Shown here: positions 11,313 through 24,099 of the stretch, piece by piece
How the letters are laid out: the number at the start of each line of letters is the position of its first letter
How positions within the stretch are numbered: position 1 is the first letter of the stretch
From: Takakia lepidozioides
Taxonomy: Eukaryota; Plantae; Bryophyta
DNA: 64,000 nucleotides
Assembly (NCBI GenBank): GCA_030704615.1
Contig: CM060733.1
Location: 41,788,001 to 41,852,000, forward strand
Direction: 5' to 3'
The notes under the pieces: generated by a model
Database searches by the model: none
What the model was told of the DNA's origin: nothing
Seen by the model: only the letters and a program-made list of their open reading frames with translations
Program-made: the position numbers and the translations under genes

Positions 11313-13043
11313 TAAAAGAGCTTGAAATTGCTGGGAGGGAAGCGAATGGAAGCTGCGGGTGCGCCAATCCAATCTTGAATCTGAGCAGATTCCATCCTAC
11401 GGAATAAATAAATTATTTGCAAACCTTAAGCACCTGACCTTGTGTTCATTGACTGCTTAAACTACTCGAACTCAAGACAGAAAAGCAAAGAAAAGCAACA
11501 AAAGCAGGAAGAAAAGAAAAACCCTGCTACCTGCTGTAGGTGCTACAAAAGAAGTATCCCCACAACAGACGTATGTGACCAACCAAGAATACTCGAGGTG
11601 TGCTGAGGTGCTCAACCCTTACAGTAGCCATAGCTGAGAAAAAAACTAATCTGCAAACCCTCAGCACTTAGGAATGGTTTGACACAATATTCTGAAAGAT
11701 CGTTGATTCACAAACTCAGAGCTAACAAAAACGAGTCCAGCCAAAGGCTCAATGGCAAAACAGATAAACTGCAAAACCTTAAGCACTGGATCTTCTCTTC
11801 ATTGACTGCCTGCACTAAAAGAGCCTCCCCACCATCAGACATGCAGACATAAAAACAGACGGGCTTATACTGCCCTAGGCAACTCATCAACGTTCACCAG
11901 ACTCTCTCATAACTTCTCATTAGTGAAGTATTAGCTCACATTCCACACATGGGGCAAACCAAAGCATCAGACACAACAAAAGGAAACCAAATGAATAACT
12001 ATCCCAGCAACAATGGACATCATTAAGGTAAATTTTCAGCCCACGTAAATAGATACTAAATTCAGCTTGCAATACCTGGCAATACTGGCAATACTTGGGT
12101 TGGCTTTCGCTTTCTTGAATCCTCTTCTGTCCCCCCTGGCAGCCTCTGGAAACTCTTCATCCATAATCTCATCGAGCTCCTGCTCTGACATCTCTAGCAA
12201 TGTAGCTACAGTATACATGCTGGAGGCAAGTTTTGTACCAAAAGCTCCAACAGTCTCTTCTTCCAAAAAATTCCGAAGCATCGCCTCAATACTACCATAA
12301 GGTGTATCCGCCATATCTGGAGCTGTATCTTGCAGGCTGACCACCCTTGATAGTATTTTATTAAGATACACCATGGGAGAAGACCTGAATAGACAGCCAG
12401 CAATATTAACAACTTTTTCCCCAAGTCATCTGCCACACAAGAAGTACTCTACCATAACTACCCCAGGGCCAGAGGGACCATGAGCTCCCAAGGCACAGTT
12501 GGTACTAGCCCTAGCTGAACGAAGGCAGTATCAAGATCCAAAAACTCAACGAAAACAACTAGGAGACCTTCCTCCTTTCAAGAACCAAATAAATTAGTTT
12601 CAAACACATCAACAAGGTCGAAGCACTTACTTGTAAGTAGAGGTTTAGCCTTACTGCAACTCCTGACGCTCAATTCATCCGCCAATCCGCTCGTGTCTCA
12701 ATCGAAACGCTCTGCACTAGTGTTCCTGCACCAGGTGCTGCACATTAATATTCTCTCATTCACATCAGATTAACAGAGTTGCAATGTCCTCTCAATGTCT
12801 CCATCGTTCCAAAACTTCGCCACTCTTATATTGGTGCGCATGCAAGGTTGGAGCTATCTTGATATGGAGCAAAAATCCTTCACAGCCAATGCAGATCATA
12901 CTGCTCGTTTGCAAATGAAATTAGCTAGCTAATGAGAAGCAACGGTCTGTGAAAAGATAAATTAACCTACTCTAGCTTCATTGTTCTCTGAATAAGGTAG
13001 TCAAGACCATGCGGATTATCTATCTCATAGAAAACGGAAGATG

Positions 13044-13247
13044 CTAAACTCTGCTACAGTCGTACTCTGGTACCGGAGTACTCTGGTACCCAGTATTTCG
13101 TGAGCCCGCTCAATCGCGACTGTAGCAGAGTTTAGAGGTCGTACTCTGGTACCCAGTAGTACTCGTACTCTGGTACCGGAGTCCGCAAAACTCCTCAAAT
13201 GTCGAAAGTCTCTGCTACAGTCGCGATTGAGCGGGCTCACGAAATAC
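13044..13247. repeat. Compact palindromic element with nested inverted repeats
   Basis: Perfect 38-bp inverted repeat 13093-13130 / 13210-13247; 19-bp inverted repeat 13044-13062 / 13117-13135; four GTACTCTGGTACC units. Confidence 0.85.
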
Positions 13248-14980
13248 GTTGAGGTGAAGTAATTCGTTGTGCAGATCAATGCTATCAATCGGAGTAATGG
13301 ACGGACAAACCAGGCTCAGGTCCTGAAAGAAGCTAATATCAAGCCACAGCAAGAGCGGTATATCAGTACAGGCTAGCCGAGATTTCGACAACATTCCATC
13401 TCCTCCAAACAGGCTCAGAATTGTGTAAGCAATTAGAGTGCAAGCAACAGAGGTACACAAGCTCAAAGATTACGAGACACAGTAGAGCGAGAGAGAGAGA
13501 GCGAGACAGGAAACAATGAAAAATGAAGAGCACTGGGGGGATTGTATTGCGCCCCCCAAAACCTAAGTTAAAACAGCATGTCATGACCGTCCGATCTTAC
13601 CCTAATCTGATCGAACGGCCGGAATTTTACATCGAAACTTCATCCAAATCTCATTCATCTGTTGACGTTTCCGTTCACGAGTTTCCGTTCAAAAGTTTCA
13701 GTCTATCCCTCGCTTTTTCGTTCAGTTTGACATTTGACTCATAACGTATGCAATTCAACATTGTGCATGTATAAATTTGGTTTACACTAGACATGGAGTT
13801 GAATGCGCGTGCGAGACCGTGGGCCCTCCTCGCCTGAGCCCTGCAACCACGCGCTGCCGGAGCCCGCCTGTCAAATCCCCACCCCCCGCCCGCCCGCTCC
13901 CCTCCGTTCCCCTGACCCTCTCCTCCCATGGCAGGTTGGTGTGTTGCTGGAGCATAGCAGCTTTGTCGAGATGATTGCCGTGTTGGAGCGACCAGAGGCA
14001 CGATTTGTGAAGGCGCAAACAAATGTTGAACCACCGAGTACTGTTGTGAAGGGCCATCTTCCGAGGAGTACAAACCCCGCCGCCAGTGTTGTGCAGGTTG
14101 CTAGAGGGCCCCACCCGAGCTTACACTGTGCAATGCCAGTGGCCGAAAGAGGTCAAGAAGGTCGTTGCAGTGCGGATGTGTTTTGGACAGTATAGTGCTT
14201 TCTCTGATGCAGGGAGGGAGGGTGGAGAAGCAACCTCTTTTGCAACGCGCCACAGTTGTTAGAAGAAATCCAAGGAAGCGAGTCATGACGACTGAGGTGA
14301 GAAACGCTGGAGCAGTCGAGCGGCAACGCAGGGGTGGTGTCTTCGTGTAGGCTTGACGCAGTTAGGGCAGTATGCTGAAGATGGTTTGTCTCCGTCGTGT
14401 CATACTTCCCGAGCTGATAGAGAAGGGGTGGGTGGGAGAACTCCCATCTCCAGACAACGAAACTTGAAGATGTTGTGTTAAGAATTGTAAAATAGCAGCA
14501 ACTCGCAGTAGCGCAGAAGCCTACTGGCAGTGCACTGAGAAACATGTCAAATATACAAAATTTGAAAGCAAACGAGCCTTACGCAGGCAGGTGGGATAGC
14601 ATCCTTGAGACGGGGAACGATGGCCCCTGCAAGAAAGTGAGTGGCGAGTAGTCGTAGAGGGCAGAAACCTGGAAATCGTCTTTAAAATGACTGAATGATA
14701 GCTTGAAAGTTACGCAAGAAAGAGTGAATCTTGTGAGTAGGGGGAGGAGAGGTAGAGCAACGAGAGAGCAGCTTGGAGATGCACAAAGCTACGAGGCGCG
14801 CTATGGTGGCGATTGTAGTTAAGATCGTAACTATAGAGGAGCTGCTAATGTAGGTGGTAATAATAGTGAAAAAAATGAGGAGTTGTCGGAACCCTATGGA
14901 ATTAGCCATGGTTAAGGATTTTAGGAGAATCTGGCGGCGGGAGGGCGGATCTCCGCCCTTCTTTGGGATGGGGTACAATG

Positions 14981-16424
14981 TCGACCAATTTTGAAATAAA
15001 TCGATTTTAATGAATTTTAATTCAATAATTAGACTTGGAATGTCTATTATCGTTGGTTTCGGCCACACAATGATTTTGTTTCTGGGGCAATTTTGTTCTC
15101 TGCATTCAACCCTCACACATGTGCGTCTGTGCCAGAATTTGAACCAAACAAAAAAAAACAAAAAAAAACAAAATGTTCGCTTTGCTCACTATTCTAGAAT
15201 TTTCTATGAAGACTGATGGAAGTTGAAGTCAAATTCACTTTGGAGGGCAAACGGGTGGCGAAATTGCGGTTCCTCGTCCAAATGACTTTAGATCGCTCTA
15301 AAATTTTGCACGCACGTTGCATATGGTCTCCCTGCACCAGTGCTTTGAGAATAGGGCATCGCGAGCGGGCGAAATGCGGCCCAACATGCCCCGCAATCCC
15401 TGGGGATGGAAAATAATGCATTCGAAGGGGAAAAGGATGGTTGCCCGTGCGAATGATTATGTTTGCTTTCAAACTTGCCAGTGTGTTTGGTGCCCCTTCT
15501 CGCAAGTCTCAACGACAACAATCCAAATTCGTTCGATGGCCCAACGGACGGTTGCCCATCCACATCTCCCTTGGCATCTTCAGTATATCGTGTCACAAGT
15601 CCCTGAGGAATATCAATTTGTTCGATGGGCCAACGGCGTGTTCAAAGCTCATCTAGATTTGTTCATTGCGAAAAAGAAAACCTCTCATGGGTGAACGGCC
15701 GGTGCACCCATTCAACGGATGTGGTTCACGCACAACTGGCTCGCATGTGCTTCAGTACGTGTCCAACACATGCCCTCAGATACAAGAGGAAAACAAACCA
15801 TTAGGCCCCCCAACAATGTAGTCTCCATTCGACCAATTTTGAAATAAATCGATTCTAATGAATTTTAATTCAATAATTGGTCTTGGAATGTCTGTGATCG
15901 CTAGTTTCGGCCATGCAATGATATTGTTTCTAGGTCAATTTTGTTCTCTGCATTCAGCCTTCACATCTGTGTGTCTGTGCCAAAATTCGGACCAAAAAAT
16001 AAAATAAAATAAAAAATCGCTTCGCTCACTATTCTAGAACTCTCTATGAAGAGTGATGGAAGTTGAAGACAAATACACCTAGGAGGGCAAACGGGTGGCG
16101 AAAATCATTGTTCTGCATCAAAATGACTTTTGATCGTCTCAAAATTATGCATGCACGTTGCATATGGTCTCCCTGCGTCAGTGCTTTGAGAATCAGACCG
16201 AAAAAAATTCGCAAGCGGACGAAACACGGCCCAACAAACCCCGCAGTCCCAGGGAATGGAAAACAATGCATTCGATGGGGAAATGGATGGTTGCCCGTGC
16301 GAATGAATTTTGTTTACTTTCAAACTTTGCCAGTGTGTTTGGTGCCCCGTCTCGTACGTCCCGGACGACCACGCCATCAATCCAAATTTGTTCATTGGCC
16401 CAACGGACGGTTGCCCGTCCACAT
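14981..16424. repeat. Diverged tandem duplication of about 580 bp (14981-15563 and 15829-16424), unclassified
   Basis: Both copies start TCGACCAATTTTGAAATAAATCGATT and end GTTGCCCRTCCACAT. Confidence 0.8.
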
Positions 16425-16444
16425 GACTTATGTTTGCTCTCAAT

Positions 16445-16940
16445 CAAGCAATGTTGTTGCAATAAGGCGATGCGATCATCGGGGAGGATCGTTCTTTACC
16501 TTGAAGTAGGCCAAGAAGAGCAACTTAAGAGGCTCTACCCTTGGCCGGGACTTGAAGAAAGTTGGCCAAACTAGCTAGTCGAGAGTAGAGCCAAGTGGGG
16601 GTTTGGTTCTTTGCCATGGGTCGCCATGGTACGGAAACAAACTAATTGATGTGGGATGCCACAACTTGGATGTTAGTTTCTACAAAATGGACAAGTCGAT
16701 GACAACAATTGGAACGAGGGCTGAAGCACCCTGGAGTGCCGAAGGCACTCGAGGAGGCGGAGGCGTTCACTAGGTGGAGCCCTGCACACACCGAGTTGCG
16801 GTGGGGGTGGGTCCAGGAGGGGTGGTGGTAGCTTAGAGGGCCTTAGTGGGGGTGGCATAGGACTCACCATGGGGCGAAGACCTTGTGGTGGGAGTCGTGG
16901 GGAGTCTTGGGACTCATCACGGTCCAATGGGACCATGGTA
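16445..16940 (+). mobile_element. Internally deleted fragment of the 3' UTR/LTR of the element C family
   Basis: Reverse complement of about 26240-26848, with an internal deletion. Confidence 0.8.
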
Positions 16941-17094
16941 GGTGTAGTTAATCTGTAGGACTACTACAGATTAACGTTTTTATGACTACATGTGATATAA
17001 ACTTTGATAACCATGACTATACATGTGACTACTAGGTGATCAAACCCATGGTTGGGCGCATTTTAATATATTTTAATCTAATGCAGTCATATGT

Positions 17095-17137
17095 TTAGGG
17101 TTTATTAGGGTTTAGGGTTTATTAGGGTTTAGGGTTT
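17095..17137 (+). repeat. Interstitial telomere-like (TTTAGGG)n tract; shorter tracts at 18907-18929 and 19445-19454
   Basis: Direct reading of the sequence. Confidence 0.85.
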
Positions 17138-17591
17138 TCAAAAGAGTGGAAACAAATACATGTAGCAGTGCAACAGAGTTCGAACCGCGAATGCACCGGG
17201 TGCATTAGTAGCAAAGTGCAAACAAATTTTTAGGGGGGGCCAGTTATGGACACCTTAGAAAACTTGTAGAAACATCCAGCATGTGAATCAAAACTAAAAG
17301 AATCGATCCTAAGACACAGAAAACTAGAATAGAACAGAGTGGGAGTGATGTTGCAACGTTCTAAAGTGCAAATGCAATGACATGCAAGAAGCAAGTGTGT
17401 GTGATGAAAGTAATTCACTGTAAGGACAGGAGAATAGTAACCTATCTCTAAGTAAGAGAATAGACACACTAAAGAACAGTCTTAGAAGGAGATCTAACAT
17501 ACAACACTCGAAAAAGAGTTTAAAACATGCACTACAATAAACACAAAGCAATAGAATGCAATGAACTATGCAGAAGATCAAATCTAAAACT

Positions 17592-17610
17592 CAACAACAA
17601 CAACAACAAC
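17592..17610. repeat. (CAA)n microsatellite
   Basis: Direct reading of the sequence. Confidence 0.8.
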
Positions 17611-17977
17611 GCCAATGAGACAAGAACACAAGATGCAGCAAAGAGAATATCTATAATCCCCAAACTAGTTTCGCTCAGCACGTGAGCTCATCAGTGGGAA
17701 AGATAAGGAAAAGAGATACAATGTGTCACCCTCACCCAGCTTATATACTGCAGAAAGTGAACTTGTCTCCGGGGGGGGGGAAAGAAAATATCTAATGGAT
17801 GGAAAACATCCAAATTGTCTCGGCTGGAGAGATCGTCCAACACATGAAAACTTAGATGAAAAATATCCAAAGTTTTCTCGGCGGGAGAGAAATATCCAAC
17901 GCATGAAATTCTAGATGAAAAACATCCTAATGTTCTCTCCAAAATGGATAATCATCCAAACTAGAAGCTAACTGTGG

Positions 17978-18900
17978 TTGCATCACCATCTGTTTGTCAT
18001 TCTGCTTGAGGAAGATAACCATTTGATAGATTCTATATCTTTGTTGAAAGATCTGTCGGATAGGCAACTTCCTAGCGACGTGCTTTCGTTCACCTTTGAT
18101 GTGGAGTCATTGTATCCTAGCATTCCTACTGGGGACGGGCTTCGACGATTGAAGGAGATGATTGCCGGCAAGTTCAAGTCACCTTGGTTTGAAAGATTCG
18201 TGGTGAGTCTTTCTCGCATGGTGTTGGAGAATAACTATCTTCAATTTGGCTCAAGCTATTGGCATCAGATCCGAGGCACGGCAATGGGTAGCAACTTTGC
18301 TGTTGTTTATGCTTGTCTCTTTCTTTGCAACTTAGGAAAAGAGTTGGCTGGTGCTGGAGGAGGTATGTGGCATCTATACTACAAGAGATACATCGATGAT
18401 GGATTTGGAATTTGGGCAGGATCTCGGGCAAGTTTGGAGGTTTGGCTCGATGGATACAACTCTCTTAGTCCCACAATTTGGATTCAAAGGGTAATCTCTG
18501 AGTCTACGGTTGACATTCTTGATATTCAGTTCTTTAAGTGAGTTGATTTTGTCAACCATGGGATTGTATCTTCGAGATATCATCAAAATGCACTCAACAG
18601 ATACCAGTATTTGTCATGGACCTCGTGTCATCCACGACACCAAAAACGAGCATTCATCATTGGCGAATTACAACGTTACACTTTGAGGGAGAGCACACGG
18701 GCAGGTTTTTCTGAGATTAGGCAACTGTTCTATGAGCGATTACGTGCTCGAGGCTATCCAAAGTCTTTTATCTTGGAGTGTTTTGTGCTTTGTGACTATG
18801 CACAATGTGCTACACTGTTGACTTCAGAGTCCACTCGTAAGTTGACGGGCAAGCGGGCCCCTTGGTTTTGAAACTTGAGCATTCGTGTTATACTCAAGCT
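17978..18900 (+). pseudogene. Penelope-like element reverse transcriptase fragment
   Basis: FDVESLYPSIP, LENNYLQF, QIRGTAMGSNFA, RYIDD, LDI; C-terminal SCHP...KRAFIIGELQRY...RLRARGYP; stop at 18539-18541; no GIY-YIG seen. Confidence 0.85.
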
Positions 18901-20569
18901 CTAAGCTTTGGGTTTAGGGTTTAGGGTTTACATAAAGTGTCAAAACAAGTGTAGCAGTACAACGTGGATGCACCGGGTGCAAGATAAACACAATCCGGCC
19001 AAACGAGTTTTAGGGGGGCCAGTTATGCACCCCTGGAAAAAATTCAAATCCTGTGAATTAAACATGAAAGGAGAGATCCTGAGAGACAGGAAACTAGAAT
19101 AGAAGTATGCGAGGTGTCCTGAAATGCAACTGCAAACCTATGCAAGAGGCAAATGTGCGTATGAGAAATATTTCACTGGATGCACAGGAGAATAGAACCC
19201 CATCTCTGTTTTGCAAAAGAATGAAAACACTAGGAACAACTTAGATGCAGACCTGATATGCGCTTCTCGAGAGGGAGTTTATGGCATGCCGTATAGACAC
19301 AGAGCACATAATAAACACGGCTCGGTCTTCGTATTGTTGCCTCATCAAATGAATGAGCAACTTGGTCAAAAGAATGAAGACCAACATCTGCCTCCATTAC
19401 GTGAAGGTGATTAAAGATGTGTTGCAACTAACACTCTAAGAAAGTTTAGGGTTTACATAAAGTGTCAAAACAAGTGTAGCAGTACAACGCGGATGCACGG
19501 GGTGCAAGATAAACACAATCTGGGCAAACAAGTTTTAGGTTGGCCAGTTATGCAACCCTATGGTATGTTGGAAGAGGGCACGGAACTTGCGTTCCTATCT
19601 AGTTTGTGCTATATTACAAATCTAGAGGCTAGTTGTATTTGAGACATGTTGTCGTGCGCATACATATCGCTACACAACTACATCGCTGTCCAAAACCACA
19701 CAACACAAGTGCACGCCACACACTAGTATACCACTAGTCCACCACTAGTCCAACCACTAGGCTACAACTAGTCAGTCACTAGGCTGCCACTATGCTGCCC
19801 ACTATGGCAGTCACTAATCCACACAATGATAAAGAAGACGAATACAAGCACAAGCTCATACGAGCTCACAAAGCTGAAGCATAAACTAATGCATATATAA
19901 CCTCATCATTCAAATACAAGTCAAGCCAAGTGCACCCCACGCCATGGGGAATCCACACTACGGTGCCATAGCTAGGCGCGGTGAGGCTCAACTCGAGAAA
20001 GATGAGCCTCCTGCGCTTGTCGTGAAAGTAACCACTCCAGGGCCTAAATCTGCCTTGACCCTTGGATTGACACTTGGGCCAATCCCAAATGTCAATATGT
20101 GAAAGCTAACTCTTTCCTAGCTAGTTTCACACTAGTGGTAAAATAACTTGACAGCTGTCGTGCGCATACATATCGCTACACAACTACATCGCTGTCCAAA
20201 ACCACACAACACAAGTGCACGCCACACACTAGTATACCACTAGTCCAACCACTAGGCTACAACTAGTCAGTCACTAGGCTACCCACTATGGCAGTCACTA
20301 ATCCACACAATCGCCCCCCTAGCTGGTGCTTAGGTCCCTCTAAGTCCAAGTAGCCACAAGATGTGATAGTGACCATAGCCTCACTAAGTCCTCCACCACT
20401 GTCCCTACTGCACTCAAACTCGATAGATCAAGAGGCCGGGTACAAGAGTTGCCCCATCGTTAGTCGTCGTCTTGCAACCTATGAACTTGAGCCTGGGATC
20501 TCGTGTATTGACTCCTATGAGCTTGACCTCCCATGTCTTGTTAGCTGCCTCTAGTCATGTCCACTGCCA

Positions 20570-21470
20570 CTATCCCAAGCAGTGTGCACATAACCAATCT
20601 CCATCAGAAACCCTCTCAAGAGGTGGTGTCAAGCATCCCATATACCAACCTCTTGAGCATCGATCACACACCAGCATGGTGGCTGCCCCTTTGGCAAACC
20701 CACAGAGCATGCATCTCAAATCTGCAGGTACCACTGCCAAGTTTGGATCAACTCTGCCATCAACATTGGGAAGGTGACATAGCGCACAATTACGCACATG
20801 GTCTTTCCAAGTCATGCCATCCCGACCCTCCAAGATCAGGACTCCTGAGGGCAACACCTCTCGAACCCTCAAAATATCACGTCATACAGTCACATCCAAG
20901 GTTGTAGGAGCAGTCTGCTGCAGATAGACATAGTCATCAGGGTTGAATCTTCGAACCCCATGACGGTAGCCCCCACCATGTATAGTAGCATACCTCAACG
21001 TATCATGATGTTGTGTAATGGCAAGGTTCTCGAAAGCCATGGGCATGACTTTCTTGAATAACTCTGCACGCTGTTCGCATGCACGTGCCCACACGTCCAG
21101 ATCATCAAGGTTAAGAACTGTAGCAGCTTCTATGTAGGCAAATCCGGCTCTCGGCCAAAGAGAAGAGTGAGAAGGAGGCAAGTGATGCTTGCTTGCTGAA
21201 CCTATAGCCCATGGCTAATCAGGATAACTGAAGGTCCCAATCTCCTTGGTAAGGCAAGGCAAGAGCTTGGTGGGGAGGCGAGGGGTTAAATGGTGTCGGC
21301 GAGCCTTTGCAAGGGCTTGACTGCGCAAACCCCTCTTTACTATCTGAACAACCCTCTCTGCCAAGCCATCGGCCTCAGGATGATCCCGAGAAGTGGTGCG
21401 GTGGTCTACCAAGGCCTTGTCACACAAAGCCTGAAACTCCCCCAAGAACTCTCTCCCTTGGTCCGTGAGT
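20570..21470 (-). pseudogene. Integrase remnant + PHD finger of B
   Basis: CMLC...CDRC...(Y)MGC...WLCAHC; DHPEADGLAERVV. Confidence 0.9.
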
Positions 21471-21472
21471 AC

Positions 21473-22344
21473 TGGTCCACCTTGGTCAGCTTGGTTAGAG
21501 CCTTTGCAATGGCACTAAATCCCTTAACAAACCGTCTATAATAGTTTGCTAACCCCATGAAAGCTCGAACTCGGCTCACATCCGTGGGGCATGGAATCTA
21601 TGCAATGGACTCTATCTTAGTCTGCTGTACCCCCAATCCTCTAGGATATATCATGTGACCCAGATACTCAATCTGGTTGTGGAAAAACTTGCACTTCCCC
21701 GGATGTAACTTCAATCCGTGCGCCCTCAAGCGCTCAAATACCACCTGAAGGTGTCTCTCATGCTCCTCCACCGTAGCACTAAAGATGACGATGTCATCTA
21801 TGTGGCACCGAGCAAACTCCACCATTGCTAGAATCCTGTCCATGACTCTCTGAAACTCTGCCGTAGCGTTCTTAAGCCCAAATGGTAAGAACCGCCACTG
21901 GTATAGGCAATCCTTCCTATGCTCATTGATCCCCCAGAATGTCGTCTTCTGCTTATCCGCCTCCTTGATCGGCAACTAGTGATGTCCGGATCGTAAATCC
22001 AAAGTGCTAAAGACCTTGGCATGCCCAATGGCATCAAAGATCTCCTCCGGTGTGGGCATGGCATACTTATCGGACTTGGTCTGACGATTTACAGGCCGGT
22101 AATCACCGCACATACGTCTCTCCGTCCAATTGCCATAGACATCCTTCTTGGTTGGCATCACTGTGGCTGAAGCATACTCTCCACCAGAGAGCTCCACCAA
22201 ACCTGCCTCCCAGAGATCTTGAGTCCTCATCTGAATCAAAGACCTCTCAATGTCACTGTATCTATAGTGTCTCCAAAAGATTGGCGTGTCAGTGGCCAAC
22301 TCAATACGGATCTCTTGACCTTTCAATGCTCCCAAGTCCTTCAA
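21473..22344 (-). pseudogene. pol: Reverse transcriptase of B
   Basis: CGDYRPVN, LDLRSG, LPFGLKNA, HIDD; stop at 21976-21978. Confidence 0.9.
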
Positions 22345-22788
22345 ACTGAAGGCAAAGCAATTTCTATAAGTCCTCAGGAATCGCCGTATACATCGTCTCT
22401 CTCCTCTAGTGACAATGGGTCCAATGTCAGGCTCCCAATTGTCCTCCGTAACTGCAACCTTAAGTCCAGTGGGCTTAGAGGTAGAAGACGCGTCCCGTGG
22501 TTGCTATGCCGCAACCTCTTGACCAATACTCCAAGCCTGCTCAGTCAATGACAAGGCCTCATCCTGCCCTATCATCTCATCCTTGAGGACCTCATCAACC
22601 CGAGAAGAATCCCCAACCTCATCCATCACAGCCTCCTTAGCTGCCAACTCCTTCTGAACCTCGAGCACCTCTCACGTGTGCCATGGATGCCTGCACCCCG
22701 TGGTCCTCACATGCTCGCCCCCACTCACTGCCTGTACCATCTCGGTAGGCAGAGAGACCATCGAGGGAATTGTACTCTGTACTCTGCG

Positions 22789-23793
22789 CTACTCAGCCGT
22801 AGCTAAGCTGATAATCCAGGTCAAGCAATTGAGATCCATTGCTTGCCCCAACACCTGACGACGTGATGCCTCAGAAAGAGACAGCACCGCCGTGGTACCC
22901 GTGATAAAACCCGTTGCCCGCTCACGCTCGTCAGCATTAGGCTCCACTAACTTCTGCAACTGAGCATCCCACAGGAGACCAGATACACTATCCCGGAAAG
23001 CATGTGATCCCGGGAAGCTGAGCAGTGTAGGTAATGTTGATCGTGGTTGACCCACCCTGTTGACCACTGCCAAAGACGAACGGTCATTGTATCTCACACG
23101 TTGAGACTGCCTCCCTGTGTCCAAAATGCTATCCACTGTGAGGTGTGCTGGCCACTGCACCCCATCAAATGCACGCTTGAGCAGTGCGGGTGGCATCAAG
23201 TTAGTCCACCATAGTCGTGGACGATGAGCCCGTGACCCCACTGCAGCTGCATCCAGCAACACTGCTGACCCAAGCCACGACCGGACTTGATGTACACTGG
23301 CCATCACCGTGGCCCGAGAATCGCCCATCAGTGGCACATTCTCCAAGATGTATGCTGGAGATACAGCTTGATGAAGCTGCAAGTGGCGCAAAACCCGCAC
23401 CATCTCCCAAAACAGACCTGACCTCAAGTCTCGCAATCCATTGCCATGCCTAGCTGATGAATGCCCTTGGCAGGGCCAACATGCCACTACTAGATCAATG
23501 GAGCCAACCCACTCCAAATCCTGCGCCCCCAGCAACAAAATGTCTGCTGGCAAGGCCTGCTGATATCCACGAACTGCAGACACCGGCAACAACTCAGGGT
23601 ACTGCTGCACCAACTGAGCAACATGGTGAAGTGAAATGCGTCGTGCAGTCTCATCCTTCTCCACATACAGGTAACGCCGAACTTGTACACCTGCCTGTAA
23701 CACAGCAACCAATCCGGTGCTGATCCCGCCAAACAAGTCCAGAAGACAAATGCCTTCATCCGGATACTCCCACACAATAGGTGTGGTATCCAA
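22789..23793 (-). CDS. C5-cytosine DNA methyltransferase domain of B (domain open, polyprotein disrupted)
   Basis: LDLFGGISTG, VEKD, WPCQGHS, ILENVP, RAHRPRLWW, RRQVLGQAM in one 334-aa ORF. Confidence 0.9.
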   Translation of the reverse strand: MDTTPIVWEYPDEGICLLDLFGGISTGLVAVLQAGVQVRRYLYVEKDETARRISLHHVAQLVQQYPELLPVSAVRGYQQALPADILLLGAQDLEWVGSIDLVVACWPCQGHSSARHGNGLRDLRSGLFWEMVRVLRHLQLHQAVSPAYILENVPLMGDSRATVMASVHQVRSWLGSAVLLDAAAVGSRAHRPRLWWTNLMPPALLKRAFDGVQWPAHLTVDSILDTGRQSQRVRYNDRSSLAVVNRVGQPRSTLPTLLSFPGSHAFRDSVSGLLWDAQLQKLVEPNADERERATGFITGTTAVLSLSEASRRQVLGQAMDLNCLTWIISLATAE

Positions 23794-24099
23794 TGGTGAT
23801 AACTGAGGTGGTCTCAGTGCAATACCCGCACTCTCCTCCTCTCCTAACGGTACAAAGGCCTCTACCCAGGCTTGTTACACCCGTCTATCAGCAGTCTGCT
23901 GCAAATCCTTGCTCGTACCCCACAATGAAGTGTGAGCAACCATGGTAGGCAACTCCGCCGTACCATGCATGTCATCTACTCTGCTGGAGTTGGCACATCC
24001 TCTGCATGGGCATTGCCCTCCAGCATCTCTCCAGGCCAAGTCACTGTAGCTGTGAATGCTGCCAGTGTCGGCATTTTGCCTCGCTGGGCAACTGCAACT

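Larger units (their letters stand above)
6590..12314 (-). pseudogene. Crinkler-like gene remnant: SAM-like N-terminal exon, micro-exon linker, P-loop NTPase exon; 3'-truncated
   Basis: Walker A GVSGSGKTR followed by ELLAEKWGCFW...GSDD (ORF 6590-7471); SAM-like exon 12314-12076; GT-AG-bounded small exons at 11531-11542, 9249-9272, 8933-8956, 8334-8345 and 7396-7446. Confidence 0.55.

Noticed and set aside
12076-12314. LEAFY gene
   Set aside because: Only a SAM-like resemblance; no LFY DNA-binding domain nearby
13675-14545. Protein-coding gene in overlapping ORFs
   Set aside because: No recognisable motifs or consistent frame; GC-rich chance ORFs cannot be excluded
14942-14959. Helitron 3' hairpin
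   Set aside because: No CTRR terminus at the expected distance and no Rep/helicase in the window
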